Positions 16,279 through 28,343 of a stretch of 64,000 nt of DNA are shown one piece after another. Numbering within the stretch: the stretch's first letter is position 1; the number at the start of each line of letters is the position of its first letter. Origin of the DNA: Paragordius varius (taxonomy: Eukaryota > Animalia > Nematomorpha). Location of the stretch: positions 4,588,001 to 4,652,000 of the forward strand of contig OZ176052.1 of assembly GCA_964247055.1 (NCBI GenBank), read 5' to 3'. Position numbers and translations under genes: made by a program. The notes beneath the pieces were generated by a model. The model had not been told where the DNA came from, did not search any database, and saw only the letters and a list, made by a program, of their open reading frames with translations.

Positions 16279-17633
16279 TCTGTACTAAATAAATTCATCG
16301 TCTTGGCGTTTTCCCACTTACTTTAAAAAAGCTAGCTCATTGGGGGTGGCAAAATTGTGAAATTTCGGAGCTCACATCTAAATTTTAAAATTTTATAAAA
16401 ATATAGTTTTCTTTATAGTATATTATTTATTGTAATGATATCTGGAAAAAAGAATTTAGCTTTTACCAAAATATTTATGAGCAAATAACTTCCTTAAATT
16501 ACTCGTCAAATCCAAACGAACCGTAGGAATCTTATACATTTATCTATCTGAATATTTCATCAGGATAGTTTTTATCCTTTCCTTTTGTACGCCCTGGATA
16601 TGATAATCAATGGTCGCAAAAATCGCTTATATCCCTTTTATGGGATTACAATATAGCCAATAAGTGCCACTTGAAAGGGTATACCAAGTCATTGTTTATG
16701 TTTAATAACTCCATATTTAGTCGACCATATTTTACTAATCAAGAAGTTATAAAATATTGTAAACATAGGTTATATAAAAGTTATATAAAATTGAATTATT
16801 TGGAAACAAGCGTCAACATATTAATTTTATCAAATGTTTTATTAGTGTGTCCTATGATAAAGAGATTTATTTATCTAAAACAGTATTAACGTTCTATGTG
16901 GATTAAGTCGTACTTTGTCAGAATAAAACTCACCTATAATGATTATACCCAAAGTCCAAACGTTTCCCCCTGCTTTGGTGTTTTCTTCCATACTAAAGGA
17001 AAGAAATATTTAATGAGAGATTAAATTTGTGTGGGCCCCTTGTGTAAACATCATAAATCGTTTAACATCATTTAAATTTACAGAACATTAAAAACATAAA
17101 ATTTTTTGGTAATTAAGATAAATAATAAGATTACTTAATTAAAACCAACGGTACCAATTAAATTCTTGCATAAATTCCACACATTAGATAAACAAGCTTT
17201 ACTAGTTCCGATTCCCATATTTTTATATTAACGTTATACTTAAACTTCAAAATCGCTTTTTAGTCATTTTTTAATAAGCTGCTGCTGTTATTACTTTCGA
17301 ATTATGGTAATTATATTTATGAATGCGGAGATGTTGCATATCATTTCGTTTCGTTTTAAATGATGAACCTTATCGACCTGTTTTTTCCTACCTTACTTTT
17401 TTATATATCAACGATAAAAAATTATATGTAGTAAATTGTTTTAAATATATATGAGTAATAATGTTACCGTTAGTACTCTGTACGTAACAGTAGAAATATA
17501 AATCTATTATGCAATTACATCAATAATCTATATATATATATAATTAGCAAATAGATACATTTTTCGGGATTCTTTGATTTTTAATTATTATATATTTTAA
17601 CATTCTCTTGCCGAAAAAAGTTATTATATTTAT

Positions 17634-19047
17634 ATGCAAACAATATTTGCAACAAATTTTATCACCCAGGTTATATTTCATCTTGCTTTACAATTTTTGC
17701 AAAAGGTACACAGTGGTGTACCTCATCCCCTCACTAAACGGGCAAATCTTGACGCAAACGATGAATCCATATCGCCCTATGAAATAAATCGTATAATCGC
17801 TAAACTGCACCCATATATTAAGGGCCCGCAAAAAATTATTGAATTTGAATTACCGTACAAAGATTTTGCCCAATTAGCAGGCCCTTTGTTGTCAGATACT
17901 GAAAGTGGGATGATTGAAAATGACCGAGGAGCGGGTATAGATACTCAAAAAGGTATAAAAACTGTGGCCGTTACTTATCATAAGGGAGACAAACAGTCTA
18001 ATAGCTCAGTTTTACCCAGTTGGAGTAAAAAACATTCGATTGCATTGACGAATCTTATTGCATCTTCGTTCGAAGCATTGTCTCAAGACGCAGCTGATTT
18101 GAGCCTCCCAAAAAAATCTGTTGAGGCCCGAAGGCATAAAAATGATAGAACGGAGGATTCTTTTGAATCTTTACGGAATGAATTTAATGTTGATTGGAGT
18201 TTGTTGTGGAAATTCATAAACGGTTTCTACGTTTTTTATATCGTTTATTCTTGTCATATAAAAAATGCATATTTAAGGGCTAATTGTTTCCAATCAAATT
18301 TTTCTCAATCTATAATTGAATATTTACTATTCCCTATCTGCTATATTTATTATAAAGATCTCTTTTTAACAATTGCCCAAAACTTTGTATATCTTGGTAA
18401 AAATATAATTATTGTATAATTGATATTTCATATTTAGAAGTGCATTTGTGCCAAAATCCTTTGCCCAATGTGGAATGTAATGCTCAAAAGCATTGCCCGT
18501 TGGGTCTGCGTTGCGATATTCGATTAAATATTGACGACTATGGATATTGTTGTCAAGGTAAGTAGATATCATAATCAATGCTTCCCTCAAATTATTTAGC
18601 TAATTTGTATATTTTGGTTACTTTTTATGGTTTATTATCAATTTGAAAAATGAGGGTAGTTATTTTTAAAGGTTAAGTAAGTGAGTAATTTTTAAAAAGG
18701 ATAAACCCAAATTCCCGGCTTGTGAAAGTCGATTTATCTGTCCAAAATATTAAAAAAATACATTTTTAATCCAAATTTTACACATTATGTGAAATATAGA
18801 TAATCCCAAAAATGATAAATTGATTTACGATATTCAACATACGACTTGGCAACCATTAGAGCAAGCTAATTTTCGTACCTATAAACCGTCTAATTTTACA
18901 GGCATGAGACGCAAATATATAGGGGGAGCCCGGAAATATGTTAAAAATCAAACGACTAATATTATCCCGAATATGCAAAGGAAAAAATTTGCGTCACCAC
19001 ACATAAATCCAAAAAATTTACCTAAAAATAATACATCTCATAGGTGA
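17634..19047 (+). CDS. Uncharacterised secreted-type protein with one six-cysteine module (Lustrin_cystein/WR1-like)
   Basis: Exons 17634-18222, 18438-18557 and 18800-19047 chain in phase 1/1. The N-terminus is signal-like (..VIFHLALQFLQKVHS-G) and is followed by LTKR. The middle exon encodes CQNPLPNVECNAQKHCPLGLRCDIRLNIDDYGYCC and ends at a strong gtaagt donor. Start and last exon are uncertain. Confidence 0.5.
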
Positions 19048-19530
19048 TTATTTTAACTTTTGCAAACGTATTTTTTACTCCTTAGCACAATTTAAGTTTA
19101 TAAAAAAACAAAATTTTTAATCATGTAAAATGGCACACACAACCATTTATTTTACTGGGATTGGAATTAATTGAAATATCCTGTAATATAAATTCATTAC
19201 ATGGAGAATATATTAATTCAAAAAATTTCAATTATTTATCCAGTTTTATAAATATGATTTAAGCATTTGTTCTTCAATTTTAGTAACACAACTCCTTAAA
19301 TCATTTCGATGAATACAACGAAATTAATTTCAAAATTTGTGCATTTAAATTATAATTTCTCACATTTAAAAACTTCAGAATAACTATAAACAAATAGTAT
19401 TTAGGTGATTGATAGCTCGCTTTAATTAGTTAAAAAATGACTCTATTGTACAAATTAATTTTTGGTTAAGTAGATATCAACCGCGTTTTTCATCGTTATT
19501 TCAATAATAAATAAAAATATACAGTATCAA

Positions 19531-19563
19531 AGCAGCCCGCGAAATTTGCGTTGAACACCCCTG
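19531..19563. mobile_element. hAT MITE terminus (same family as 16017)
   Basis: gcagcccgcgaaatttgcgttgaacacccctg is a right-end TIR with the GC-rich subterminal motif, similar to 34146-34179. Confidence 0.5.
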
Positions 19564-22500
19564 AATTTATGGGTTTTTTAAATGGCACTTTTTATAATTT
19601 AAATCTTTAAACAGGTTTTTTTTTCATTTAATTTAACATTGTAAAACGGAATTCTTGCACTATATACATGAACATAATATTCTGTAATTGCTTTTTTTCC
19701 AATATAACTAAGGAGATTTGATTTTTTAAAATTTCCTACATGTTTATTTCCATGTCTGCAAAATTGATTTATGATTTTGGCTAAATGCAGAAAAGTATAT
19801 TATTGATATAAGCTCAAAATCGTAAAGAATCTAATGATAATATCGATACTTTATTTTCCATGATTTTTTCAAAAATCCAACAGTAAAAGATAATGCTTTT
19901 TAGTATTATAAATAAGTTTAAAAAAGGTATTGCCAATCTGAAGGTAGAATTTTCTTATATATAAATTTTCCCTAAATGCATCAGTTTTTTTATAAATTGT
20001 AACATATATAGCGATAAAAATTTAAAATGGGTATTAAGCAACAAATTTGGATTTTTAATTCATCGTTTTACCTTTTGGTTTTCTATAAAGTTAATATTTT
20101 GAAAACGACGGGTACAGCTAAAAATTTTATACTTTGGAAATCATATGCTATAATACGCTAAAATTTTTCTTGTAGTATAATCGATATATGTAATGTGCGA
20201 TATTTTATTTAAACAACGGTTGCAAAAATTGCATATTTTTTAATTATGTAATCAATAACAAGTGTTTTTTAAAGCTAACTCATAATATAATAACGCCATA
20301 CCCAATCATTCAACATTTAGAGATTGCATAATGATTTTATCAATTTTAAAAGTCTATCTGTCCCCTTTTTGAGCAAAGTTATTTAAAAATTTATTATAAT
20401 TATACTCTGTTTAATAGCACTATCTAATAAAAATTTAAAATATTTATCACTAGATTGGTCCTGTTGCCATTGCAAATCAATCCTCGAATATCGCAATATG
20501 TGAAAAAAAGCCCCATATAAATAACATTTACTCTTTTATATATGTTTATTTTAATGATTAATCAAATAACGCATTTAAAAAGCAAATATTATCATATGGT
20601 GCGTTTATTAAATACTTCAGCACACTAATATATTAAAGAACTATTATTTATTACTATGATAACTGTGTAAAATAGTTTGGGAATATTTTTTAGAAGATTA
20701 TGGTTGGCCTAACATTATTTGTTAAAAACTATTTATTGCTTGGCAAGTATAATGGTTTTTTAAGTCATATTTTGACTCCTATTATAATTTTTGAAATTAA
20801 ATTTTATTTCCTAATTTTGAAGTGTTTCAAAGATCAAATGTATTATAATCTTTATAACTAAGTTTTGTTTATTCATTTTACAACAAATATCATTTTTCCA
20901 TAAAAAACCGTTATTTTTGAATTTTGAATTGGTGAACAAAATCTATTTTTTAAATACGGATTTCGAAACATTATAAGGATGATAAATTACATGAAATTAT
21001 AGAGTATAAATTTAAAACAGAAAAATTATTTTTTTCAATAAATTTAATTTGTTATTTTCCCAACGAAAGTTAACCGAGCCTGGATCCTAGGAAGAGCCAG
21101 AACCCGATTAGCTTGCATGAATTTTAAAAAACAAGCATGGTCCTTAATCACAATCCGCACCTGGTTCGCAACAAATATAATGATTTCCAGAATCGGTTAT
21201 AAAATTCCCTAACAAGTTTTGTTGCATTTTCACGATCCATATGCTTTTATCTTATCAGAAATTTAAAATTATGTGCCTCTGGAATATATATGCACTCGAA
21301 TTTTCTGTATTATGGATGCGAAGACCACCAGTTTTTAGTGTCTAAACATGTTTTTGAAATTATAGATAATTAACATCAAAAACTGATTATTAGCAGTCAT
21401 AAATTAATTTTTAAACAAAATTGACGTTGAATAAATTAAATGTCATGTTTTAGATAGCTTTGATTTAAATGAGGCTTTTAAATGAAAATAGAATAATATT
21501 GGTTGAAAATAAATATTCGAAGGAGTAGGTTTACATTATATTTTATCATATTTTTTGCAACTACCAGTTATATTTGTTCAGTACCTAAGATGCTGAATAT
21601 CAGTGCACACAATTTTGGCTAATTGACTTTTTTTGGCCAATTGTACAACAGTAGCATATGGTAAACAAGAACAAAGTTGAAATAAACGATTCTTTCCTAG
21701 TTTACAGCATTAGACTTGTTTATATTATTACCAAGATTTATTTAATATCATACGCTAATGTATTGTCAATTCGCCAAAAATAATGTGAGATGGCGAACAA
21801 TAAAGTGGGAATATCATAAGGGATATTATATTGCCTTATCATATAAATAATGTGCCAAGTATATTTCTAAAATGATAAACATGAACTCAAAGCTTCATTC
21901 TGAAACATTTATTATTTTGGTATAACTAAAATTTTTGAAAATACAATAATTGTATCAACATTTGAATAAAATAACAGTCTTTCCATTCAAAGTATGGTAG
22001 TTAAAAACCTTAAGCCTGTTTAAAATCAAATATTTAATAAAATATGGTGATTAAAAGTTTGCACTTGTATAATATGGATGTCAAATTATTATAAAAGTTT
22101 ATTCCAAAATTTGATACTACTTATTTTATTAGCTATACATGACGTGAGTGCATTAGCTAAAAAATGCGATTAAATCATTTTCTTGTTAATGATAAATTTA
22201 TAATATCTTAAAAGCCAATTCTCGCTGATAGGTTGTCAAATTAAAATATTGCTAGTTTGATATGTTACTTTTTTCTTATAATTTAATTTCTTTTTCAAGT
22301 TTATTATACTTTTTAAGAATAGTGATAAATTTAAAATTGGTTCGCTGTGGATGCAGTTACCCAAATTTGTATAATAGTATTAAAAACTTTTAATATTAAA
22401 CTTCAAAAGTCTAGTATATTTTTATTTTTAAAGCGGACCTAATTAGAAATATAACATGATCACAAAATCAATGGATCTAAAAATATTCTAATAAAATATG

Positions 22501-23608
22501 TATATTGAGAGATGAAAAGGAGCCTCCTGTGTGGTTTTGGGGTCTACTGATATAAAAAAGTGATATGCATTTTGTGGGATTTTCTCGATATCGTAAGATC
22601 GCAGCATTATATAACTATTTCTGGTAAAAGCTAAATATTTCAAAAATATTTTTGAAATATGTTATTCATTCTATCAAAAAGGCAAAAACAATAAAACTTT
22701 AATTTTTAGTTTTGTCGAAGTATTTTCTCACCCCCTCTAAATGGGCTAGTCTCCTAATATAAACGCTTAAAATTAAATTTATGCCTTAGTCAACATATTT
22801 TTGTAAAAATGCATACTTTGTTCAAAAATTTAATTTTTCGTGAAATTTTGTTATAGCCTACTTTATAAACTTTTGAGGCATGATGGAAGCGGAAAAAAAG
22901 CGCTTTAAAATATTATAAAAATATATTTTTGGGAAACACTGCGTAAAATATCTATATCCTGACTGGATATATGGGGATTCTCATGTCATTTAGTTTTGCA
23001 CTTAATCTAAAAAAATTATTTATAATTATGGTGGTTATTCCATGTAAGAAAATGACGAAATGCGCACATTTTGAATAATGTTCAACGAAAACTAAATGTT
23101 TCATTCCAAAAAATACAATAATCTCATAATATCCAAAAAAATATTTTTCAAAACATTGGTTTTTCATGAATTGTAATCCGAAATATTTTCGCTCTTGTAA
23201 AATGAGCTGGTTCCCCCTAAAATAAAATTAAAAATGCCCGATTTCAGATACAGTGTATTGGACAGGTGTAAATCGAGATTTTCCGAGTTCACATTAACAT
23301 TTAATATATAAGGGATATTTTATAAAGCCTTTAGCTCTCACCAAAAAATACAAAGCGTGCGCATTTTTTTTAATATTTATCCTAAATCAACACCAAGACT
23401 ACTAATAAAATAATACATTTATCTATCAATATATATATATAAATAATTCATCGGGATATTATTTTGTGCATACTGGATTTAATATAATTCTGTTTAGCTT
23501 TGAATGTTTTAATTTTATAAATTTTTTTATAAGCCGCTGAATTTTATATTACCTTTTGTTTTATTAGTTGGCAACTAAATTTACATATTTCAAACTATAA
23601 AAAAAATA

Positions 23609-23612
<4 letters not shown>

Positions 23613-23641
<29 letters not shown>
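23613..23641. repeat. (TA)n microsatellite
   Basis: TA run about 150 bp upstream of the RNF11 ATG. Confidence 0.95.
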
Positions 23642-23645
<4 letters not shown>

Positions 23646-23793
23646 AACCGCAAGGTAAGGTGGACACTATATAATAGCAAATATAAAATAATATTTTATT
23701 AAATTCGTTGGTTTTTATTAGAGATCATCAGCTATGATGAAAAACAAAGACATTTCGTCACAATGACATATGAAATTTTAAGTCAATAATGTA

Positions 23794-24274
23794 ATGGGCA
23801 ATTGTTTAAAAATTTCGCAGGACAATGAGTCGTTGCTTGCTGAAGATAGTATCTCTCCACGAGATTTCAATGAAAATTACAGATCTCAAAATGCTATGGT
23901 ATTTTTTTGGTTATTTTAGGCTCCAATTATTTATCACCCATCTCCCAATGTTTCACGCACAGCTAATCAGTTAACTGAGGAAGAACAAATTAAAATTGCA
24001 AAAAGGATAGGTTTAATTCAGCATTTACCACGAGGCACTTATGAAGATTCATCAAAAACGGAAAAAGAGTATCAATGTTTTATAATGTCATAGATGCGTT
24101 ATTTGTATGATAGAATTTATGCAAGGTGAAGAGATAAGATATCTACCTTGTATGCATATTTATCATTCCAAGTGCATTGATGATTGGCTAATGCGGAGTT
24201 TTACATGCCCTTCATGCATGGAACCAGTCGATGCCGCGCTTTTGACCAGTTTTGAATCTTCGATGCTTCCTTAA
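23794..24274 (+). CDS. RNF11: RING finger protein 11 (RING-H2 E3 ligase/adaptor), 144 aa, with two ultra-short introns
   Basis: Exons 23794-23898, 23920-24068 and 24094-24274: MGNCLK..|APIIYHPSPNVSRTANQLTEEEQIKIAKRIGLIQHLPRGTY..KE|CVICMIEFMQGEEIRYLPCMHIYHSKCIDDWLMRSFTCPSCMEPVDAALLTSFE. This is recognisably near-identical to RNF11. Introns are 21 and 25 nt (GT-AG). Confidence 0.93.
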
Positions 24275-25326
24275 CATCACACTGTCAAAGATCGGTTTAA
24301 GGAATAGTTAAGGCAATACCTATACTATATATTTAGTCATTCAATATAATATATTTGACTATTAAAAGACTATTTTTATATAATTTTTAAATTTAATATA
24401 TTTGGCACCAATAAATATACCATATTATGTATTACGTCTTTTTAACGAAATCCACAGTTTAGAACCTTTATCCTAAAAGTTTCAATATTTAAAAATAGCT
24501 AATTTTCAGTTGAGCATGAAATATGTTCTGACAGTATTTTTAATACCCAAAGTTGGTTAGAACACAAAATTATATCATTATTAGTAATAGACACTTATCC
24601 TATTAATGGGATTAAATTAGGGATTTCTGCCGGGACTGACTTCTATAATTTTTAGAAACGACCTATAAGTAAAAGGTTTTTTTAAATTTTTGATACTATA
24701 TGTTTATTTATTCTTAATATCATTTTTATTTTAATTATATATTTACTTTTTGATTATCCCGGTGTTGTTTATGATTTATATACTTTTGGACTTTCAAATA
24801 TAAAATTTATTTTACATAATTTAAAAACTAAGCCAAAAATATACTAACCTTGTTTAGTATGCCAAAAAATATTTTCACAATTTATGAAAGTATTTTAACC
24901 TATTTTTTTTTTGTTACTCGTTTCTAATCATACTCTTGGATATTTAGTAATTCCATACATTAAACTATTCCTTTAAAATATAACCTTTTAATCTTATCTG
25001 TCTTTGAAATGATTCGTAGTTAATCGTCATATACACGAAATCAAAACTAAAAATTAATTGATTATTAAAAATTTCAAAATCTATATCATTAGTGATAAAA
25101 AATGATAAAGCATTAAATATCAATCATTAATTGTAATTAGTTCATGGATTGCTAAATATTACCATATAAAAATGATAAAGGAATGAGAAAAATTGAATTC
25201 ATTAATGCCAATTTATTTTAGGCTCCGCAAAAATTTCCGAATTTTATGTAATTTAATTATATAAACATCATTTTCTAATAATACTTATGGCCAGTATAAA
25301 ATTATAAATTTATAAATAATTATTAA

Positions 25327-26225
25327 TATTAGACAACAAATTTTTTATCGAGTTTTTTGCATTTCTTGATTTACTACCATTTTAACAAATCTGATATAAT
25401 TATTATATTTCACCGAAGAATTGTGTAAAATTTGATTTTTATGCGCCCTCTTTATCAAAACTTTACGAAAAAATGGTTTTCTTTGAAAATATACAACAAA
25501 TGCCCATTTGTAATGTATCATTTGAAAAAGTATCTATAAAATGCACACTATATGTTTTACAGCGATAGTTAATATTGGACATAGGAAGCGACAAACGCGC
25601 AAGCGAGAGCGTTTTTCTTAATTAATATATTTTTAAAACTATTGATTCAAAATAACTCAAACTTTGTATAGTTGGCAATGAACGTCTTTAAAAGATAACA
25701 CGAGAAATTGCTTTTATGTTTTTCAAAACAGTCATTTTTAATTTTTTAGGCTTATTTTTAAAAACTGGAAATATAGTATAAGGTATTCTCGATCTTTTAT
25801 AGCCATTAGGTATTAAATATACAGTTAAAACTATGCATTTTAGTATTACAATTATGATTTTCAAAGTTTCTTAAAATTAAATAAAAATGTAACTTTAAAT
25901 TATATTTAAATAATTTATATAATTTTCAAATTAGTTTTTCCGTGAAAATTTTTGACTTTTTTAAGGGTGGAAAATTTTTACCATATAAAGGCAAATAACT
26001 TTTACATTAGATTGATTTAAATAATAACCATTCAAAAGATTCAGTCTCTAGCGCTCTTTCGAATGATATAACATACATGGCTCTATATAACTTTTGGGCC
26101 AAAATTCAAAAACCATAATACAAATAATTCTTAGGTGTTAGGCCATTTTTTTCAAATTTACTATTTATGTACTTTAATGAAATGTTTTACAATTTACAGG
26201 CACTTAAAAAACAAAATTGTCTAGT
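25327..26225. mobile_element. Non-autonomous CMC-superfamily (Chapaev3/EnSpm-like) DNA transposon, degenerate copy
   Basis: Colinear diverged direct repeat of 47609-48721, sharing e.g. ttatgcgccc-ctttatcaaaa, gcgacaaacgcgc-aagcgagagc and gcgctctttcgaatgatata. Termini tattagacaacaaa ... ttgtctagt are preceded by TAA. Confidence 0.7.
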
Positions 26226-28343
26226 AAATATTAAGGAAGACCTTAAAAGCATAGATTATATTTTGCAATATTTGATATTCAATAAATAGATAGTCATAAT
26301 AAGCTATATTAAAGAAAACGCCTTTAACCGACAAATAATGCTTTGAACAGCTGATAAATATTTTATAATTCTTAGCAGTAAAACAGTTCCCCATCTGTTG
26401 TTAGTACAAATATTTTTGGAAGAAAGAACCAACAATTTTTTATGTAAACCAAAAAATAATTAAAAAACCCCAGGTTTAGACCGTAAATTTTAAATATAAT
26501 AATATGTTTAATATACCATGCAAATTGGGGGTTAAAATTATGGTTTAATTTTTTATATTTTAAGGCTAATATAAAGTATTAGGATTCATTGCCTTTTAAG
26601 TCAAAAAATTAAGAGAATAAATTTGCCAAAATTAAAGGTCGAAATTTTGTAGATAATGTCAAATATATTTATGGAACAAACGAGATGTTTAACCGAAAGT
26701 TTTTTAAATAATAGATCTTAAAACATTGAAAGACTTAATATATTAAAGAACCTCCCAATGAACTACGCTCTGGTCCATTGCATCCCACTGATGTTGAATA
26801 AAATATTGTTTACTGAAAAAAAATATTTACTCAATTTTATTCGGTAAATATCCAGGACCTCAATTTAATATCGATAAAAAGTTACAAAATCAATATACTA
26901 TTTGCACTTTAAAGTCCTTGAAAACTTTAGATTGGTCCTTTGACTTTTTTGTTTGAATATAACTTTTATCAATCTAATCGTATCATTGAACTTTTATCGT
27001 TTTCAACCCATTTTATATTATTTAACATAAATTTCAAATCAATGTCCGTTTTAATCATTCAGAAACCGTATATCGTTATTAATTTTTTAATATTATTTTG
27101 GAAATTAATAAGATTTTAACATGTAATTGTTTAAAAATATATAAGTATTTGGGTTATTATTTAAAATTTTTCATTAAAATTTTTAAAAGTTATTAATTTT
27201 GTTAAATTGGAAAAAAAAGTTCAAAACAAAAAAGTGGTTTTTGAATTAAAATTTTATTTTTAAATGAATAAATAAAAAAAAATAAAAAAAATTGGTTTCA
27301 AAAAATAAATGCAAAAAATATAGTTAAATTAAAACTTTAAAATTCACTCTTGAAGTGCAAATGGTATATATACTATTTGATCAATAATTTTTGATTTTTA
27401 AATTTGTTGCTTTAAACTTTGCCGCTGAAAACTGTCATAAATTAACATAAGTGCCTATCTAAGCGATCAAAAATCTTGACTATGATCTTCCAATATACTT
27501 ATCATCCGTTTAACATTCCAAAAAAAGTATCAGTAATAATTAAATCATCCACGCTTACTGTTAATTTGTAAAAAGTTCACATTGATAAAATGGATATTTT
27601 ATTAACATTTAAAGGCTTGTTATGACTTATAACCAAAACGTAAAAAACACTTTTGTTTATTTATAAAAGACAACTTGTACACCTGTAGCCATGGCCATGG
27701 CCATATCTATAGATCAAATAAGTTATCTAATAATTTATTTTAAAGAGATATAAGTCAAAAAACAAATATAATAATCACTATTTTTTGGTACGAGATATGA
27801 TAAATAATGCCATTATTTTTGGTGTTTGTTTACAAAAACTTTTGTAAAAAAATATAATACAATATAATAAAATTTAAAAATATTATGCTAAAAAATAAGT
27901 CAAACGTAGGTTAATAAATAAATACATGACATAATATGTGGAAAGGAACGACGATTAGGATATATCAGTATGAGTAAGTTTACATTGCTAGAAAGTTATT
28001 AATTATTGCCAAATAGCGTATACAACAAAGGGCGGTATTATTGGCTTATAGTTATTTTTTTCACTTTTTACTATCATTAGCCAATAATAATTCTCTTTTC
28101 TGCATATGCTATTTAGCAATAATTAATAACTTCTAGCAGTGTATACTTACTCACACTGTAAAATTCGCATGTACCATTAACTTATCAGGCATGTCTAAAT
28201 TTATCTTATTAATTATTGAACTTTCTTTTTTATGTTATCTGGGGATGATTGATTCAATGTTTTGGGTTATCCGTTGATGGAAAAATATAATTTAACCATG
28301 TAACCATTTTGGAGAGAGACACATTTTTACTACTAATACTATA

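Noticed and set aside
23899-24093. Stop-codon readthrough or a reassigned genetic code as an alternative to tiny introns in RNF11
   Set aside because: Reading through intron 1 inserts non-homologous VFFWLF*, and intron 2 (25 nt) is not a multiple of three. Both segments have GT..AG ends, and TAG/TAA/TGA behave as normal stops elsewhere in the window.
27686-27710. Minus-strand mini-exon encoding MAMAMAT
   Set aside because: It arises from a short atggcc repeat, and no phase-compatible neighbouring exons or homology were found.
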